Of a stretch of DNA of 64,000 bases, positions 9,057 to 19,214 are shown piece after piece; positions within the stretch are counted from its first letter, which is position 1, and each line of letters opens with the position of its first letter. A program made the position numbers and the translations under genes. The notes under the pieces are model-generated. The model saw only the letters and a list, made by a program, of their open reading frames with translations. It did not search any database and had not been told where the DNA came from. This DNA comes from an uncultured archaeon (lineage in GTDB: Archaea; Asgardarchaeota; Lokiarchaeia; Sigyniarchaeales; SOKP01), in NCBI GenBank assembly GCA_964508365.1, contig CAZDTP010000004.1, positions 1,681 through 65,680 of the forward strand. The letters run 5' to 3'.

Positions 9057-10547
9057 TTAAGGATCGTTTCTAAAGGGGTGCCGTGCGCTTTCAGCATTTT
9101 CGATTCCATCATCTACCGTCGGTAGCCCTTCCATCGCCTTTCTAATTGCATTTCTAGTAGCTTTATAATTATTTATAAAAACTCGTTTTCGAGCGCTCGC
9201 ACTTGGGTGTACAAATACATTTACGACAATTACAATATCTTCTGCGGCTTCCTTAGGGAGGATTCCATCTTCTACGCACTTCATTACAGCTTTAGCCACT
9301 GCCGCTTGAGCAGGACCATAAGTTAAACTTGCGTGTCGTAGAGAAGTAACTTTAACTGTAGGTATCATAATAGTAGCTGGTTTAACCTGCATGTTTGGTT
9401 CAAGAATAACCTGCAGTCCTTCACGACCTTTAGCTGGATGAGTCAATGCTCGTGCGTAAGCGTCCCCTACGGGTCCATCTTTGTTTCCTATCAACAAGTC
9501 AATATGTGCTAATTCGGCTCTATTCCCAACAAGCGATTCCCCAACTTTCAACCTAAAATCTGATATTTTTTCAGGGGTTACTCCCACTGCGTAAAATCGA
9601 CTCGTAAGTTCTTTCTCACCAATCTCAAATTTGATTTCTTTCTTTTCTATTAATCCAAGTTTTTCTAACTCAACTCGAAATTCGTCCTGTAACTCATACG
9701 AAAGAGCATCTCCTAAAATAATAGGTCGTCTGGTTGTGCCTACTGGAATTCCCATCATGTTTAAGCACTCTTTAGCTCCTAATGCTCCAGAATTAATTAG
9801 CATGCGTGCTAATTTTTGCACCTTTTTTTGAAGAGTCTGAGCTTCTTGTAAACGGTTGTTTTTCACATGGTCATAAATTTCAAGCCATACTTTAGGTATG
9901 ACATTAGCAGAACCAAGTATACAACCTGCAGCGCCACCCGCTAAAGCTCCTAATACATTTTCGTCCCAGCCAATCAAAACAGAGATTTTATCGCTAACTT
10001 TCTCTAGTAAAGCTGAAAAATACTTGTAATCACCACTAGAATCTTTTATGGCTACGAAATTTTCGATATCAACTAGATCTTCTACAACTGTCCAAGGCAA
10101 TTCCACACCAGTACAAGGGGGAATATTATACAACACTAACGGAATGTCTGTTTTTTCCGCTATCGTAAAATAATGATCGTATAATCCTTTTGCTTTAGGT
10201 TTTAAATAGTATGGTGTTACTACTATAGCAGCATCAGCCCCGATATCTGTGGCAGCTTTAGTAGCATCTATTACCATTTTTGTACCGGTCTCCCCTGTTC
10301 CAGCAATCACTGGAATTCTTCCGTTCGTTTCGTCTACTACTATTTCAATGACTCTCAAACGTTCTTCGAACGTCATGTTGACGAACTCTCCGGTCGTTCC
10401 TACTGGTACGAGTCCCGTAACTCCTTGTTCTATGAGATAATTTACTAAATTTCTAAGATTCTCTTCGTTTATTGTCTCGTCATCTTTATTGAAAGGAGTC
10501 ACCAAAGCAGGCATAACTCCTGTTGGTCTAAAATCAAATTTTCCCAT
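9057..10547 (-). CDS. fae: Fusion: DapA-like class I aldolase (N) + formaldehyde-activating enzyme Fae (C)
   Basis: N-domain GTTGEF, TPYY, YNIP, AIKDS (Schiff-base Lys); C-domain VGESLVG..ELAHIDLLIG.KDGPVG, KPATI, GPAQAAVAKAV, VFVHP, NYKAT; one continuous ORF. Confidence 0.9.
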   Translation of the reverse strand: MGKFDFRPTGVMPALVTPFNKDDETINEENLRNLVNYLIEQGVTGLVPVGTTGEFVNMTFEERLRVIEIVVDETNGRIPVIAGTGETGTKMVIDATKAATDIGADAAIVVTPYYLKPKAKGLYDHYFTIAEKTDIPLVLYNIPPCTGVELPWTVVEDLVDIENFVAIKDSSGDYKYFSALLEKVSDKISVLIGWDENVLGALAGGAAGCILGSANVIPKVWLEIYDHVKNNRLQEAQTLQKKVQKLARMLINSGALGAKECLNMMGIPVGTTRRPIILGDALSYELQDEFRVELEKLGLIEKKEIKFEIGEKELTSRFYAVGVTPEKISDFRLKVGESLVGNRAELAHIDLLIGNKDGPVGDAYARALTHPAKGREGLQVILEPNMQVKPATIMIPTVKVTSLRHASLTYGPAQAAVAKAVMKCVEDGILPKEAAEDIVIVVNVFVHPSASARKRVFINNYKATRNAIRKAMEGLPTVDDGIENAESARHPFRNDP

Positions 10548-10572
10548 TTTAATTTAACCTCTTTATTTATTA

Positions 10573-11853
10573 CTAGTAGTGTAGATTTTTAGCAGCTAAA
10601 AACGCTAGTCCGTTTTCAGTTAGAGCTTTAGCTGTTGAATTAACGGCGTCATTTCGATCTATATGATTAATTCGTAATGCATCCCAAAGTCCTGCTTCTT
10701 TAATTTCTTCTTTAGTCATGAAATATTCAAGGATATCTGAAGGATGTTCTCGTTTTTCATCAACTTCAACATTTGCTCCTTCATGTTTAGCACTAACATT
10801 CTTTACTTTACGTGCTAGTTCAAGTAACTCATCCCTTCGGTCGTATGGTTGTCTTACAATCGATTTCCAAGTTTCAGTAATGTGATGCTCAAGCCTTACA
10901 ACATCTTCGAATCCAAACGGTTTTCTTATATACGCTGCCATTTCAAGGGTTTCATTATTAACTGAATTAGCTAAATTAAAACCGATCAATGGACTTGTAC
11001 CATCCTCCCGTGCAAACAATTTAGCGGTTAATAAAGTCCAAAGACAAGAATATGGGTTATCGTTGCCCATATATACACTTATTTTAAATTCGTTGTTAAT
11101 ACCAAGTTTATGGATAAAATACCCTAATAAAACAGTGCCAGGATTTACATTAAGAACTTGTTTAATGCCGTAGTTAGTATAATAGTAAAGAAACTCGTCG
11201 ATCCATTTCAACGCAAAATCGTTTGGTTGTCCAACACCTCCAAAATATCCAGTAATCGTATCAGGACCTCCAAGATGTACGTTTATAGGCATTCCATCTG
11301 GACCTGGTGCCGTACCCTTTGTATCAAGAGTTTCAACCCAAGAAGATCCAATAACTTGCATTGCAGCAGCCATCGCTAATAGATCGCCATCTTCTTCTTG
11401 TTCCTTCATATTTCTTACGCGGATAATCCTTCCAGGGACTAATTTCTGATTTTCAATAGCATCCTTTATAATATCGATAAAAAACGGAAAATATTGGCAT
11501 GCCGAGAGCTCCAGTGTAACAGCAAAATCCTCGTTGAATGTCATTTCAGATGCTTTATCGCCTAAAATCTTTTTCCGATAATCTGCTACGCTTATAAAAG
11601 CCTGTTTATCCCGCTGGGAAATCAACCATTCGAGATTCTTTACATAATCTGAATTCTTTTTTTCCAATTGTGCTAATAGAGTCTCTAATTTACTCGCTTC
11701 TTCTGCTTTTTTATTAATCTCTTCTACTCCCCCATATTTATCTACGATTGTTAAGAGATCATTTACTAACGGATTTTTATCATCAAGGAGAAAATCATTT
11801 ATAACCTTTAACGCAGTGTCTGGAATTTTCAATTTTTTTCTAATGTCTTTCAT
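10573..11853 (-). CDS. Hypothetical 426-aa soluble protein, first gene of the dapA-fae operon
   Basis: Long ORF, co-oriented and 25 nt from the next gene; no family recognised. Confidence 0.8.
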   Translation of the reverse strand: MKDIRKKLKIPDTALKVINDFLLDDKNPLVNDLLTIVDKYGGVEEINKKAEEASKLETLLAQLEKKNSDYVKNLEWLISQRDKQAFISVADYRKKILGDKASEMTFNEDFAVTLELSACQYFPFFIDIIKDAIENQKLVPGRIIRVRNMKEQEEDGDLLAMAAAMQVIGSSWVETLDTKGTAPGPDGMPINVHLGGPDTITGYFGGVGQPNDFALKWIDEFLYYYTNYGIKQVLNVNPGTVLLGYFIHKLGINNEFKISVYMGNDNPYSCLWTLLTAKLFAREDGTSPLIGFNLANSVNNETLEMAAYIRKPFGFEDVVRLEHHITETWKSIVRQPYDRRDELLELARKVKNVSAKHEGANVEVDEKREHPSDILEYFMTKEEIKEAGLWDALRINHIDRNDAVNSTAKALTENGLAFLAAKNLHY

Positions 11854-12061
11854 TTTATCTTTTAACCTTTTTTATCGCACTTAATTTACAGGTTTAAAAT
11901 TCTACCCAGAGAATTCCCATCCTTCCAACTTTCATTGGAAGAAACCATAATCTTAATACTAGTTTCTTTATATAATAAATTTATTTAATGAAGATCAAAA
12001 AGTTTTAACTATATCCAAAACTGATATTTTAAAGGATAAAATAACTGAAGTGGAATAAAAT

Positions 12062-13420
12062 TTGTATAAGTATAAGGTTTCGATTTTAGGAACAGGCTTC
12101 ATAGGGCTCTGTTCAGCAGCCTGTTTTGCCGATAAGGATATTAAAGTGTTAGCTTCTACTCATAACGAGAAAAAAGCTAAAATGATTAATAATGGAAAAG
12201 CTCCTTTTTACGAAGCAGATTTACAAGAAATGATGGACGATATTAAGGCTAACAAGCCAGAATTATTACAATGTTTGCTTGATCCCGTTAAAGCCGTTCT
12301 TGAAACAGATCTTTCTATGATCACTCAAGGTACGCCAATGCGAAAAGATAAAAGCATAAATTTGGGATATATCGAGAGCACAGCTAGAGAAATAGGAGAA
12401 GCTCTCAAACAAAAAGATTCTTACCATCTAGTTGTCGTAAGATCCACAGTTGTTCCTGGTACTGCTAGAAACCTTGTTGGAAAATTAATCACTGAAATTT
12501 CAGGAAAAATTCCGGGAAAAGATTTTGGATTGTGTATGCAACCTGAATTTTTAGCTGAGGGACGATCGATCAAGGATACTTTAAAACCAGATAGAATTGT
12601 AATTGGTGCATTAGACGATAAAAGTGGAGATATGCTCCAAGATTTTTACGAATATTTCTACGGTGATCACCTACAACATTGCCCTATCTTAAGAATGAAT
12701 TTAGAAAGTGCTGAGCTCGTTAAATATGGGAATAATTGCCTTTTGTCTACTAAAATTAGTTACGCAAATGAATTTGCAAACTTCGCTCAATTAGTGCCTA
12801 ATGTCGATATAGTTCAAGTAATGAAGGGCGTAGGTTTGGATTATCGGATAAGTGATCGATTTTTACAAGCAGGAGTGGGATTTGGAGGTTCTTGTTTTCA
12901 TAAAGACGTAAACGCGATCAAAGCATGGTCTAAATCACAGGGATATACTTCAAGATTATTAGAAGCGGTACTTGGAATCAACGATGATCAAGCTATTAAA
13001 ATTGTCGACATGGCGGAAGAACTTGCTGGTAAACTAGCGAATAAAAGGGTTACTTTATTAGGTCTTTCATTCAAACCAGGTACTGACGACATGAGAGAAG
13101 CACCTAGCTTAAGAGTCGTTGACGAATTAATGAATCGGGGCATCAAGAACATAAATGGATACGATCCTAAAGCTAAAGAGACGGCAAAGGTAGAATTTGG
13201 AGATAAGATAAACTATACCGATTCGATTGAAGAAGCCCTTAAGGATTCAGAATGCGCTTTTTTAATAACAGAATGGGACGAGTTTAAAAATCTTACTCCA
13301 GAAGATTTTAAGAAAAGTATGAAAACACCTAATGTAATTGATGGAAGAAGAATATTCGATTACGACAAATTTAACGAAGCTTTACCATTTAGAGCTATTG
13401 GACGCATCAATTTAAAATAA
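12062..13420 (+). CDS. UDP-glucose/GDP-mannose dehydrogenase family
   Basis: GTGFIG, VVRSTVVPGT, PEFLAEG, GFGGSCFHKD, GLSFKPGTDDMRE, YDP, DGRR. Confidence 0.93.
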   Translation: MYKYKVSILGTGFIGLCSAACFADKDIKVLASTHNEKKAKMINNGKAPFYEADLQEMMDDIKANKPELLQCLLDPVKAVLETDLSMITQGTPMRKDKSINLGYIESTAREIGEALKQKDSYHLVVVRSTVVPGTARNLVGKLITEISGKIPGKDFGLCMQPEFLAEGRSIKDTLKPDRIVIGALDDKSGDMLQDFYEYFYGDHLQHCPILRMNLESAELVKYGNNCLLSTKISYANEFANFAQLVPNVDIVQVMKGVGLDYRISDRFLQAGVGFGGSCFHKDVNAIKAWSKSQGYTSRLLEAVLGINDDQAIKIVDMAEELAGKLANKRVTLLGLSFKPGTDDMREAPSLRVVDELMNRGIKNINGYDPKAKETAKVEFGDKINYTDSIEEALKDSECAFLITEWDEFKNLTPEDFKKSMKTPNVIDGRRIFDYDKFNEALPFRAIGRINLK

Positions 13421-13563
13421 TGCCTTAAGGTTTTCTTACATTATTATTATTTTCTTATTTTTTCTTTTTAACTATTATATATAGAAACAATAATTTTATA
13501 GGTAAACTAATATTTCATTACGAGTAACAGAAATAAAATGGAAAATATTAATAAATTAAAAAA

Positions 13564-13812
13564 ATGAAACGATTTACAGATTCCACAGACGAAATAACTG
13601 GAAGTATGATGATCTTGAAAAAAAAATGCGAATTGTGTGGAAAACATTTAAAACTGTATCAGCGTAATTATGATAGACATTACAAATTTGTCTTTATAAA
13701 TATCGCTCAGGAACCCTCCAAACACTATTTTTGCAGTAAAAAATGTAAAAACGAATGGATATTTAACCCAAACAAACATCATATAATTGATCTAAAAATT
13801 CCCAGTTCCTAA
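13564..13812 (+). CDS. Small TRASH/zf-FCS-like metal-binding protein
   Basis: CELCG ... YFCSKKC pattern. Confidence 0.6.
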   Translation: MKRFTDSTDEITGSMMILKKKCELCGKHLKLYQRNYDRHYKFVFINIAQEPSKHYFCSKKCKNEWIFNPNKHHIIDLKIPSS

Positions 13813-13834
13813 AATCATTAATTGGGTTTATAAA

Positions 13835-16270
13835 TCAATTTGACTCGAATTCCTTTTTTATAAAAACTAAGTTCTGCTGGGTATTTGTAATCATATCTGG
13901 AAAGTTTAATTCTTTATAGATTTCAAGCGCTCTTTGTAGATAATCAATGGATTTTTGATAATCTTTCTTATATTTATAGAAAATCATACCTAAATTATTA
14001 AGGGATCTTGCTATCCCAGGTTTAAGCCCTAAATTTTCCATTATATTTAACGCATCAGAATAGTGTTTAATTGTCTCTTCATACCGTCCTAAATCTCCTA
14101 ATATTCCTCCAATATTAGTAAGTTGACTAGCTATACCTGCTAAGTTATTCTGTGATTGTTCAATCTGTAGTGCTTTTTTGTACTCCTCAAGTGCTTTTTC
14201 AAATTCTCTCCTTATTTCATAGATAGAAGCACGGTTTCCATACCGGACAGCTAGATTTTTTTTTTCCCCTATTTTCTCCGTAAGTTCAATAGATTGATTT
14301 ATTAATTCAAAAGCGGTATCATAATCTCTATTAGTACGATAAACCATTCCAATATTATTTAAAGTCGTTGCTTGACCAGATAAATCCCCAATCTTTTTTC
14401 TTATCATCAGAGATTCATTATAATATTTCATAGCTAAATCTTTTTTTCCACTTTCATAATGAATAACTCCAATTGAATTGGCAGCTAAAGCCTTGATATT
14501 CAGGTTCTGAATTTTATCTGCAGTTTGATATGCTCTTCCAAGATATTGTAATGCTTGTGAATATTGCCCAGCTATTCTAAATATGTTTCCGATAGTATTC
14601 AACGTTGAACACATATTGTCTAAATCTCCGAGCTGCTCATTAATCTTAAGAGCTTCAGAAGAATTTTTCAAAGCAGGATTTAACAATCCCTGTGAGGTTT
14701 GGATTCCCGCTAGATTATTATAACATAAAGCTTTGCTGAATAAATCACCAGTGCGTTCGGTTATTTCGAGAGCTAGCTCAAAATTTTTTACTGCATTGTC
14801 GATATCTCCATTATCTCTATATAATGTTCCTAAATTATTCAAAATAGAGAATTTTAATACAGCAGGAGTGTCATTTGTCATTATGTTAGATGCTTCTGAG
14901 ACATATTTAAAAGCATTCTTTAGATCACCTTTCTTTCGAGATAATTCTCCTAAATTCAATAGAACACCTAATTTTTCGTTAAATTGATTTAATTTTTCTG
15001 TTAGTTCAAGAGTATGTTCAAAATTTACAATCGCTTTATCGTATTCTCCTTTGGAAAGATAAACTAGACCTAGGGCGTTAGTAAAATAAGTTTGATTCAT
15101 ATTTTCTTCCTCTTCTTTTGATAATGTTAAACCTTTTAAAGCAGTCCTTTCCGCGGATTCAATTTCGCCCAGATCATAGTAAATTTCATGAGCAAGTCTG
15201 TATTTTGAGGATTGAGATGCGTTAAAATGATTATCTTTCATATAATCATCAAAACTAAGAACTTCATTAGTTGTACCTATTTTTAGAAACTCAAATGATT
15301 CATTATAGATAGGAGCTAATTTATCTGTTACAAAGTTTAAGGTCTTTGTTTTAATTTTGTAGATGTCATTATTATTAAGCGAAGAAAGTTCTGCGAGCAT
15401 TTTATCCAATTTATTTATTTCAGTGCTAGAATTTAATTCAGAGATATCTTGTACTGGTTTGTAATAATATATTTCATACGCTCCCGAAATAGCATCTGGA
15501 TCGTGATCTATCCAAAAAATTCTCTTTATAGTATTTAATTCCTTTAGCATTGGACTTATGTCGAAATCATCGCTACCCGAATAACCCATAATGACAAGAT
15601 CCCTATCTTGCATTACCATGTTAATCAATTTTTTCTTATATGTCTCTATAGCAAATGTCTTACCTTTTTCCTTATCTTTTCCAAGAGTACTAATCGTAGT
15701 TATTAATGAATCTTTAGTTGATCTTCCCTTAATGCAATCCCATTTTGAACCATGAATTTTAATCACAGGGAACTGATTTATAATATCTTTATCATAATCT
15801 TCTTTAGTTATGATTACCATGAGCTTCGCGTGAAAGTAATTAAATATAGGATAGATTGAAAGCTTTTTCTGCATCGCAGTCTCGAGAAGATAATCAAAAT
15901 TGGTCGTTATGACATAGTTATACCTCATAATCATATTTGCTAAGAAATAATGGATTGCATTAGGTTCCTTAACATTATCTAAGTAATCAAGAAATTTTAC
16001 ATCCTTTTCAAATAAATTTTGTACTTTTTCAACTAAAAATTCATATCTCAAAGATTCTAAGGAGGATAACTTATCTTTTTCCTCTTCGGGAGCATAATAT
16101 TTGAATAGACCTTTCACAAACATTCTCGCAGATGGTACGTTAGATGGAGGGTCCATCGAGATTCCTGCTCCGACCAAAAAGGTATATATTTTCTTTTCAG
16201 AAAAAAGATCTTTAAAAATTTCTTCTTGATTCTCTTCTGAAATCTTATTAGCAATGTCTTCAATTTTCAT
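13835..16270 (-). CDS. SIR2-like domain + tetratricopeptide repeat protein
   Basis: FLVGAGIS, TTNFD, KIHGS, GYSGSDDFDI in the N-half; about 11 repeats of ~40 aa (LNNLG/IG..Y...G.Y..A) in the C-half. Confidence 0.88.
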   Translation of the reverse strand: MKIEDIANKISEENQEEIFKDLFSEKKIYTFLVGAGISMDPPSNVPSARMFVKGLFKYYAPEEEKDKLSSLESLRYEFLVEKVQNLFEKDVKFLDYLDNVKEPNAIHYFLANMIMRYNYVITTNFDYLLETAMQKKLSIYPIFNYFHAKLMVIITKEDYDKDIINQFPVIKIHGSKWDCIKGRSTKDSLITTISTLGKDKEKGKTFAIETYKKKLINMVMQDRDLVIMGYSGSDDFDISPMLKELNTIKRIFWIDHDPDAISGAYEIYYYKPVQDISELNSSTEINKLDKMLAELSSLNNNDIYKIKTKTLNFVTDKLAPIYNESFEFLKIGTTNEVLSFDDYMKDNHFNASQSSKYRLAHEIYYDLGEIESAERTALKGLTLSKEEEENMNQTYFTNALGLVYLSKGEYDKAIVNFEHTLELTEKLNQFNEKLGVLLNLGELSRKKGDLKNAFKYVSEASNIMTNDTPAVLKFSILNNLGTLYRDNGDIDNAVKNFELALEITERTGDLFSKALCYNNLAGIQTSQGLLNPALKNSSEALKINEQLGDLDNMCSTLNTIGNIFRIAGQYSQALQYLGRAYQTADKIQNLNIKALAANSIGVIHYESGKKDLAMKYYNESLMIRKKIGDLSGQATTLNNIGMVYRTNRDYDTAFELINQSIELTEKIGEKKNLAVRYGNRASIYEIRREFEKALEEYKKALQIEQSQNNLAGIASQLTNIGGILGDLGRYEETIKHYSDALNIMENLGLKPGIARSLNNLGMIFYKYKKDYQKSIDYLQRALEIYKELNFPDMITNTQQNLVFIKKEFESN

Positions 16271-16364
16271 TTTCTACCTCTTATCAAAAATAGTTACTAA
16301 AAATAAATATATAGAATGTCTTAAAGTAAACGGTAAGGTTTGAATATTATTAATTCAAAATATT

Positions 16365-17201
16365 TTAACCAAAAAGAATTTGCTTAATTTTTGTAATTCT
16401 ATCGTTTCGAGATAGACGCTTGGTTAGTGGGTTATGATCTCCATATAATCCTTCATGATATACCGGTCTTTGGGTCTTATAGAAAACACCTAAAGTATAC
16501 CTATGTTTATTTTTAGCCGTTTTCATTGCTTCCTCATAAGTTTCAGGTAATTTTTCAAGAAATTCTACTTTTTCTCGATACTCGTTCCAGGAATGATAGG
16601 GAACGGCAGGTTGTAATACTTCGATAAAAGAGAAACCTTTATGCTCGATCGCTTGAATTAAGACATCTGTGAGATGAGTAATTTCTCCAGCAAATGTTCT
16701 GGCAATAAAAGTTGCTCCAACTTCTAGCATTAACGATATAGCGTTAAATGGTGTTTCAAAACTTCCTCCAGGAGTAGAAGGTCCTTTCCATCCCTTCTCT
16801 GTCAAAGGAGAATACTGGCCAGTGGTTAATGCATACACGCTATTATTATGCAATATCATGGTGATATCCTGATTTCTTTTGGCTGCGAATATTGTATGAG
16901 CTAAACCTTCACCTAATCCGTTTCCGTCTCCAGAAAAAGTTATAATTTTTAAATCGGGATTTGCTATTTTCATCCCTTCAGCATTCGAGCTATTTCGTCC
17001 GTGCAGCCCATAAAGTCCGCTTAAATTGAGATAATCAAAGATTTTTGCGTGACACCCAATACCCGCAGTAATTACAATATCTTTTCTATTGATTCCTTTT
17101 GCTTCCAGCTTTGGAATAGCGTTTCTTAAAGCGGTAAAAATACCAAAATTCCCACAACCAGGACACCAAGTAATTTCGGCGTTAGTTTTAAGATTTTCCA
17201 T
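16365..17201 (-). CDS. korB: 2-oxoacid:ferredoxin oxidoreductase beta subunit
   Basis: TWCPGCGNFG, GIGC, LHGR, GDGNG..EG, NNSVYALTTGQYSP; start at MENLKT. Confidence 0.92.
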   Translation of the reverse strand: MENLKTNAEITWCPGCGNFGIFTALRNAIPKLEAKGINRKDIVITAGIGCHAKIFDYLNLSGLYGLHGRNSSNAEGMKIANPDLKIITFSGDGNGLGEGLAHTIFAAKRNQDITMILHNNSVYALTTGQYSPLTEKGWKGPSTPGGSFETPFNAISLMLEVGATFIARTFAGEITHLTDVLIQAIEHKGFSFIEVLQPAVPYHSWNEYREKVEFLEKLPETYEEAMKTAKNKHRYTLGVFYKTQRPVYHEGLYGDHNPLTKRLSRNDRITKIKQILFG

Positions 17202-17202
17202 A

Positions 17203-18864
17203 TTATTCCAACTCCTCCTTAATTTTAATTGAAAGCTCAATTGGATCAAAGGGACGACCGTCGTATCTTTTAATCACGCTTCTAATGTTTAATCCCCCCT
17301 TCTCTTTAAGAAGAGATGCAAATTGTCCCGTGACGCTTTGTTCAATAACTATATTGTCTTGATTTATAAATTCTTCTAATTCCCAAATAGGTAAGGGGCT
17401 CAAATAAATCGGCTGAACAATTGTCGGATTTAATCCACCATACTTAAGAGCTTCTAGTAGGCTCATATAAGTGGAACCATAAGTAAAAATATTAGTAGGG
17501 TGCTCTCCTCTAATGATGTTAACTGTATTTTGTGTTTTTAAATGTTCGATAAGTTTCCGTAGTTTTTTATTCCTTTTATCATGCATTTTCGCTATCATTT
17601 CAGCGCTCTCAGTTGTAATTCCATTCTCATCGTGTTCGTAACTATTCCATTTTATTACCTCTTTAGAAGGTGGAAAAAGCATTGGCGAAATTCCATCATC
17701 AGTGTCAAGGTATCTTTTATAATCCCCTCTTGTATACAATTTTGGTTCTGCCCATTTCGCATTATCAATGTTTAGGTTAATAGTCATACTATTCTCGGAT
17801 AAATGTTTTTCGGTTAGAAGGATAGCGGGTGTTTGAAACTTCCAAACGAGATCTAACAATTCAGCCGTTAAGGAGTAAGCCTCTTCTATCGTTCCGGGAG
17901 ATGCTACAATTCGCAAAAAATCACCATGACCTGCGGATAGAGCAAAATTTAAGTCAGCTTGTTCGGTATAAGTAGGAACTCCAGTAGCAGGTCCAGGACG
18001 CATAGACAATACACATAAGATGGGTGTTTCTGTTATACCCGCTAATGAGATGCCTTCGGTCATAAGTGCGAAACCTCCACCACTAGTACCAACCATAGAT
18101 CTCGCTCCAGTAAAAGAGGAACCAATAGCCATGTTAATTACTGCAAGTTCGCTTTCGGCATGAACAACTGCTAAACCAAAATTTTCAGCTTGTTTAGCTA
18201 AGAAGTGTAATATAGAAGAAGCAGGCGTCATTGGATATCCATAATATGTATCTAACCCGCCAGCGATAGCCCCGAGGCTTATTGCCTCGTTTCCCGTAAT
18301 TATTGGTCTATTTTTTACTCCTCTTTCTAACGGGTATTTATTTTGACATCCGTCTTTTACCATATCATATATAGTATCTGCAAATTTGATATTATTTTCG
18401 ATACCACTTGGATATTGGTTTTTGATATTTTGGTTCATTTGTTCTTTGTTCATTCCTATTGTCGAAGATAATATAGCTACGGCCCCTACACCATACATTA
18501 ATTTCTTCATAGGATACTTTTCAGCTTCTGAACTTAACGGGATGCCAATTCCATCAGCATTTTCTTGTTCGTCTGAATTAAAAATGACAATACCACTCTT
18601 AGTAACATCGTTAATGTGATTATCACTACTTCTCTTATCAAAATTGACCACAAGATTCGCTTTTATATATTGACTCGTGATCCTACTAGAGGACGTGCTT
18701 ACAACAGAAAAATTATGACCGCCCCTTATTAAACTCATGTAATCGTCCATTTGGAACACTTGCCTTCCCAAACTTGAAAAGATATGAGCTGCTACTGATC
18801 CTGCTTTCTTTACACCTTCTCCAGCTTTACCTCCAACAAGAAACGTAAATAAATCATGAACCAT
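17203..18864 (-). CDS. korA: 2-oxoacid:ferredoxin oxidoreductase alpha subunit (gamma-alpha fused)
   Basis: GGKAGEG, IRGGHN, YPMTPAS, ESELA, TSGGGFALM, RPGPATGVPT; start placed at MVHDLF. Confidence 0.92.
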   Translation of the reverse strand: MVHDLFTFLVGGKAGEGVKKAGSVAAHIFSSLGRQVFQMDDYMSLIRGGHNFSVVSTSSSRITSQYIKANLVVNFDKRSSDNHINDVTKSGIVIFNSDEQENADGIGIPLSSEAEKYPMKKLMYGVGAVAILSSTIGMNKEQMNQNIKNQYPSGIENNIKFADTIYDMVKDGCQNKYPLERGVKNRPIITGNEAISLGAIAGGLDTYYGYPMTPASSILHFLAKQAENFGLAVVHAESELAVINMAIGSSFTGARSMVGTSGGGFALMTEGISLAGITETPILCVLSMRPGPATGVPTYTEQADLNFALSAGHGDFLRIVASPGTIEEAYSLTAELLDLVWKFQTPAILLTEKHLSENSMTINLNIDNAKWAEPKLYTRGDYKRYLDTDDGISPMLFPPSKEVIKWNSYEHDENGITTESAEMIAKMHDKRNKKLRKLIEHLKTQNTVNIIRGEHPTNIFTYGSTYMSLLEALKYGGLNPTIVQPIYLSPLPIWELEEFINQDNIVIEQSVTGQFASLLKEKGGLNIRSVIKRYDGRPFDPIELSIKIKEELE

Positions 18865-18985
18865 TGATTTTAAACCTCTATTTTTTAAATTAATTCTTGA
18901 ATTAACCCTAAAATATTTAAACATATGGTTTATAACATAAAAAACATTTTTTGTTTATGAAAAAAAAAGGACATTAATTAGCTTT

Positions 18986-19023
18986 ACTAACTCCCAGAAT
19001 TTTTACTAACTCCCAGAATTTTT
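18986..19023. repeat. Perfect 19-bp tandem duplication ACTAACTCCCAGAATTTTT x2
   Basis: Units read directly at 18986-19004 and 19005-19023. Confidence 0.95.
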
Positions 19024-19214
19024 CGACAATGTGGACAAAAGAAGGTTGTTGTCATAAATATTGATGGTTTCATCATAACCTTAATTGTGCTAATTTTTTG
19101 ATGCATTCCAGGACCCCCTTCTAAAAATTCTTCAATATCGATTTCTTTTTCACAATAGGGACAAATTGGCTTTAAATCGTTTGTAAATTCAAATTTTTTT
19201 ATTAAGGACTTCAT
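18987..19214 (-). CDS. Small zinc-ribbon protein (CPYC...CPHC)
   Basis: Two CxxC pairs; TATA-like TTTAAATA about 25 nt above the ATG at 19214. Confidence 0.65.
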   Translation of the reverse strand: MKSLIKKFEFTNDLKPICPYCEKEIDIEEFLEGGPGMHQKISTIKVMMKPSIFMTTTFFCPHCRKILGVSKNSGS

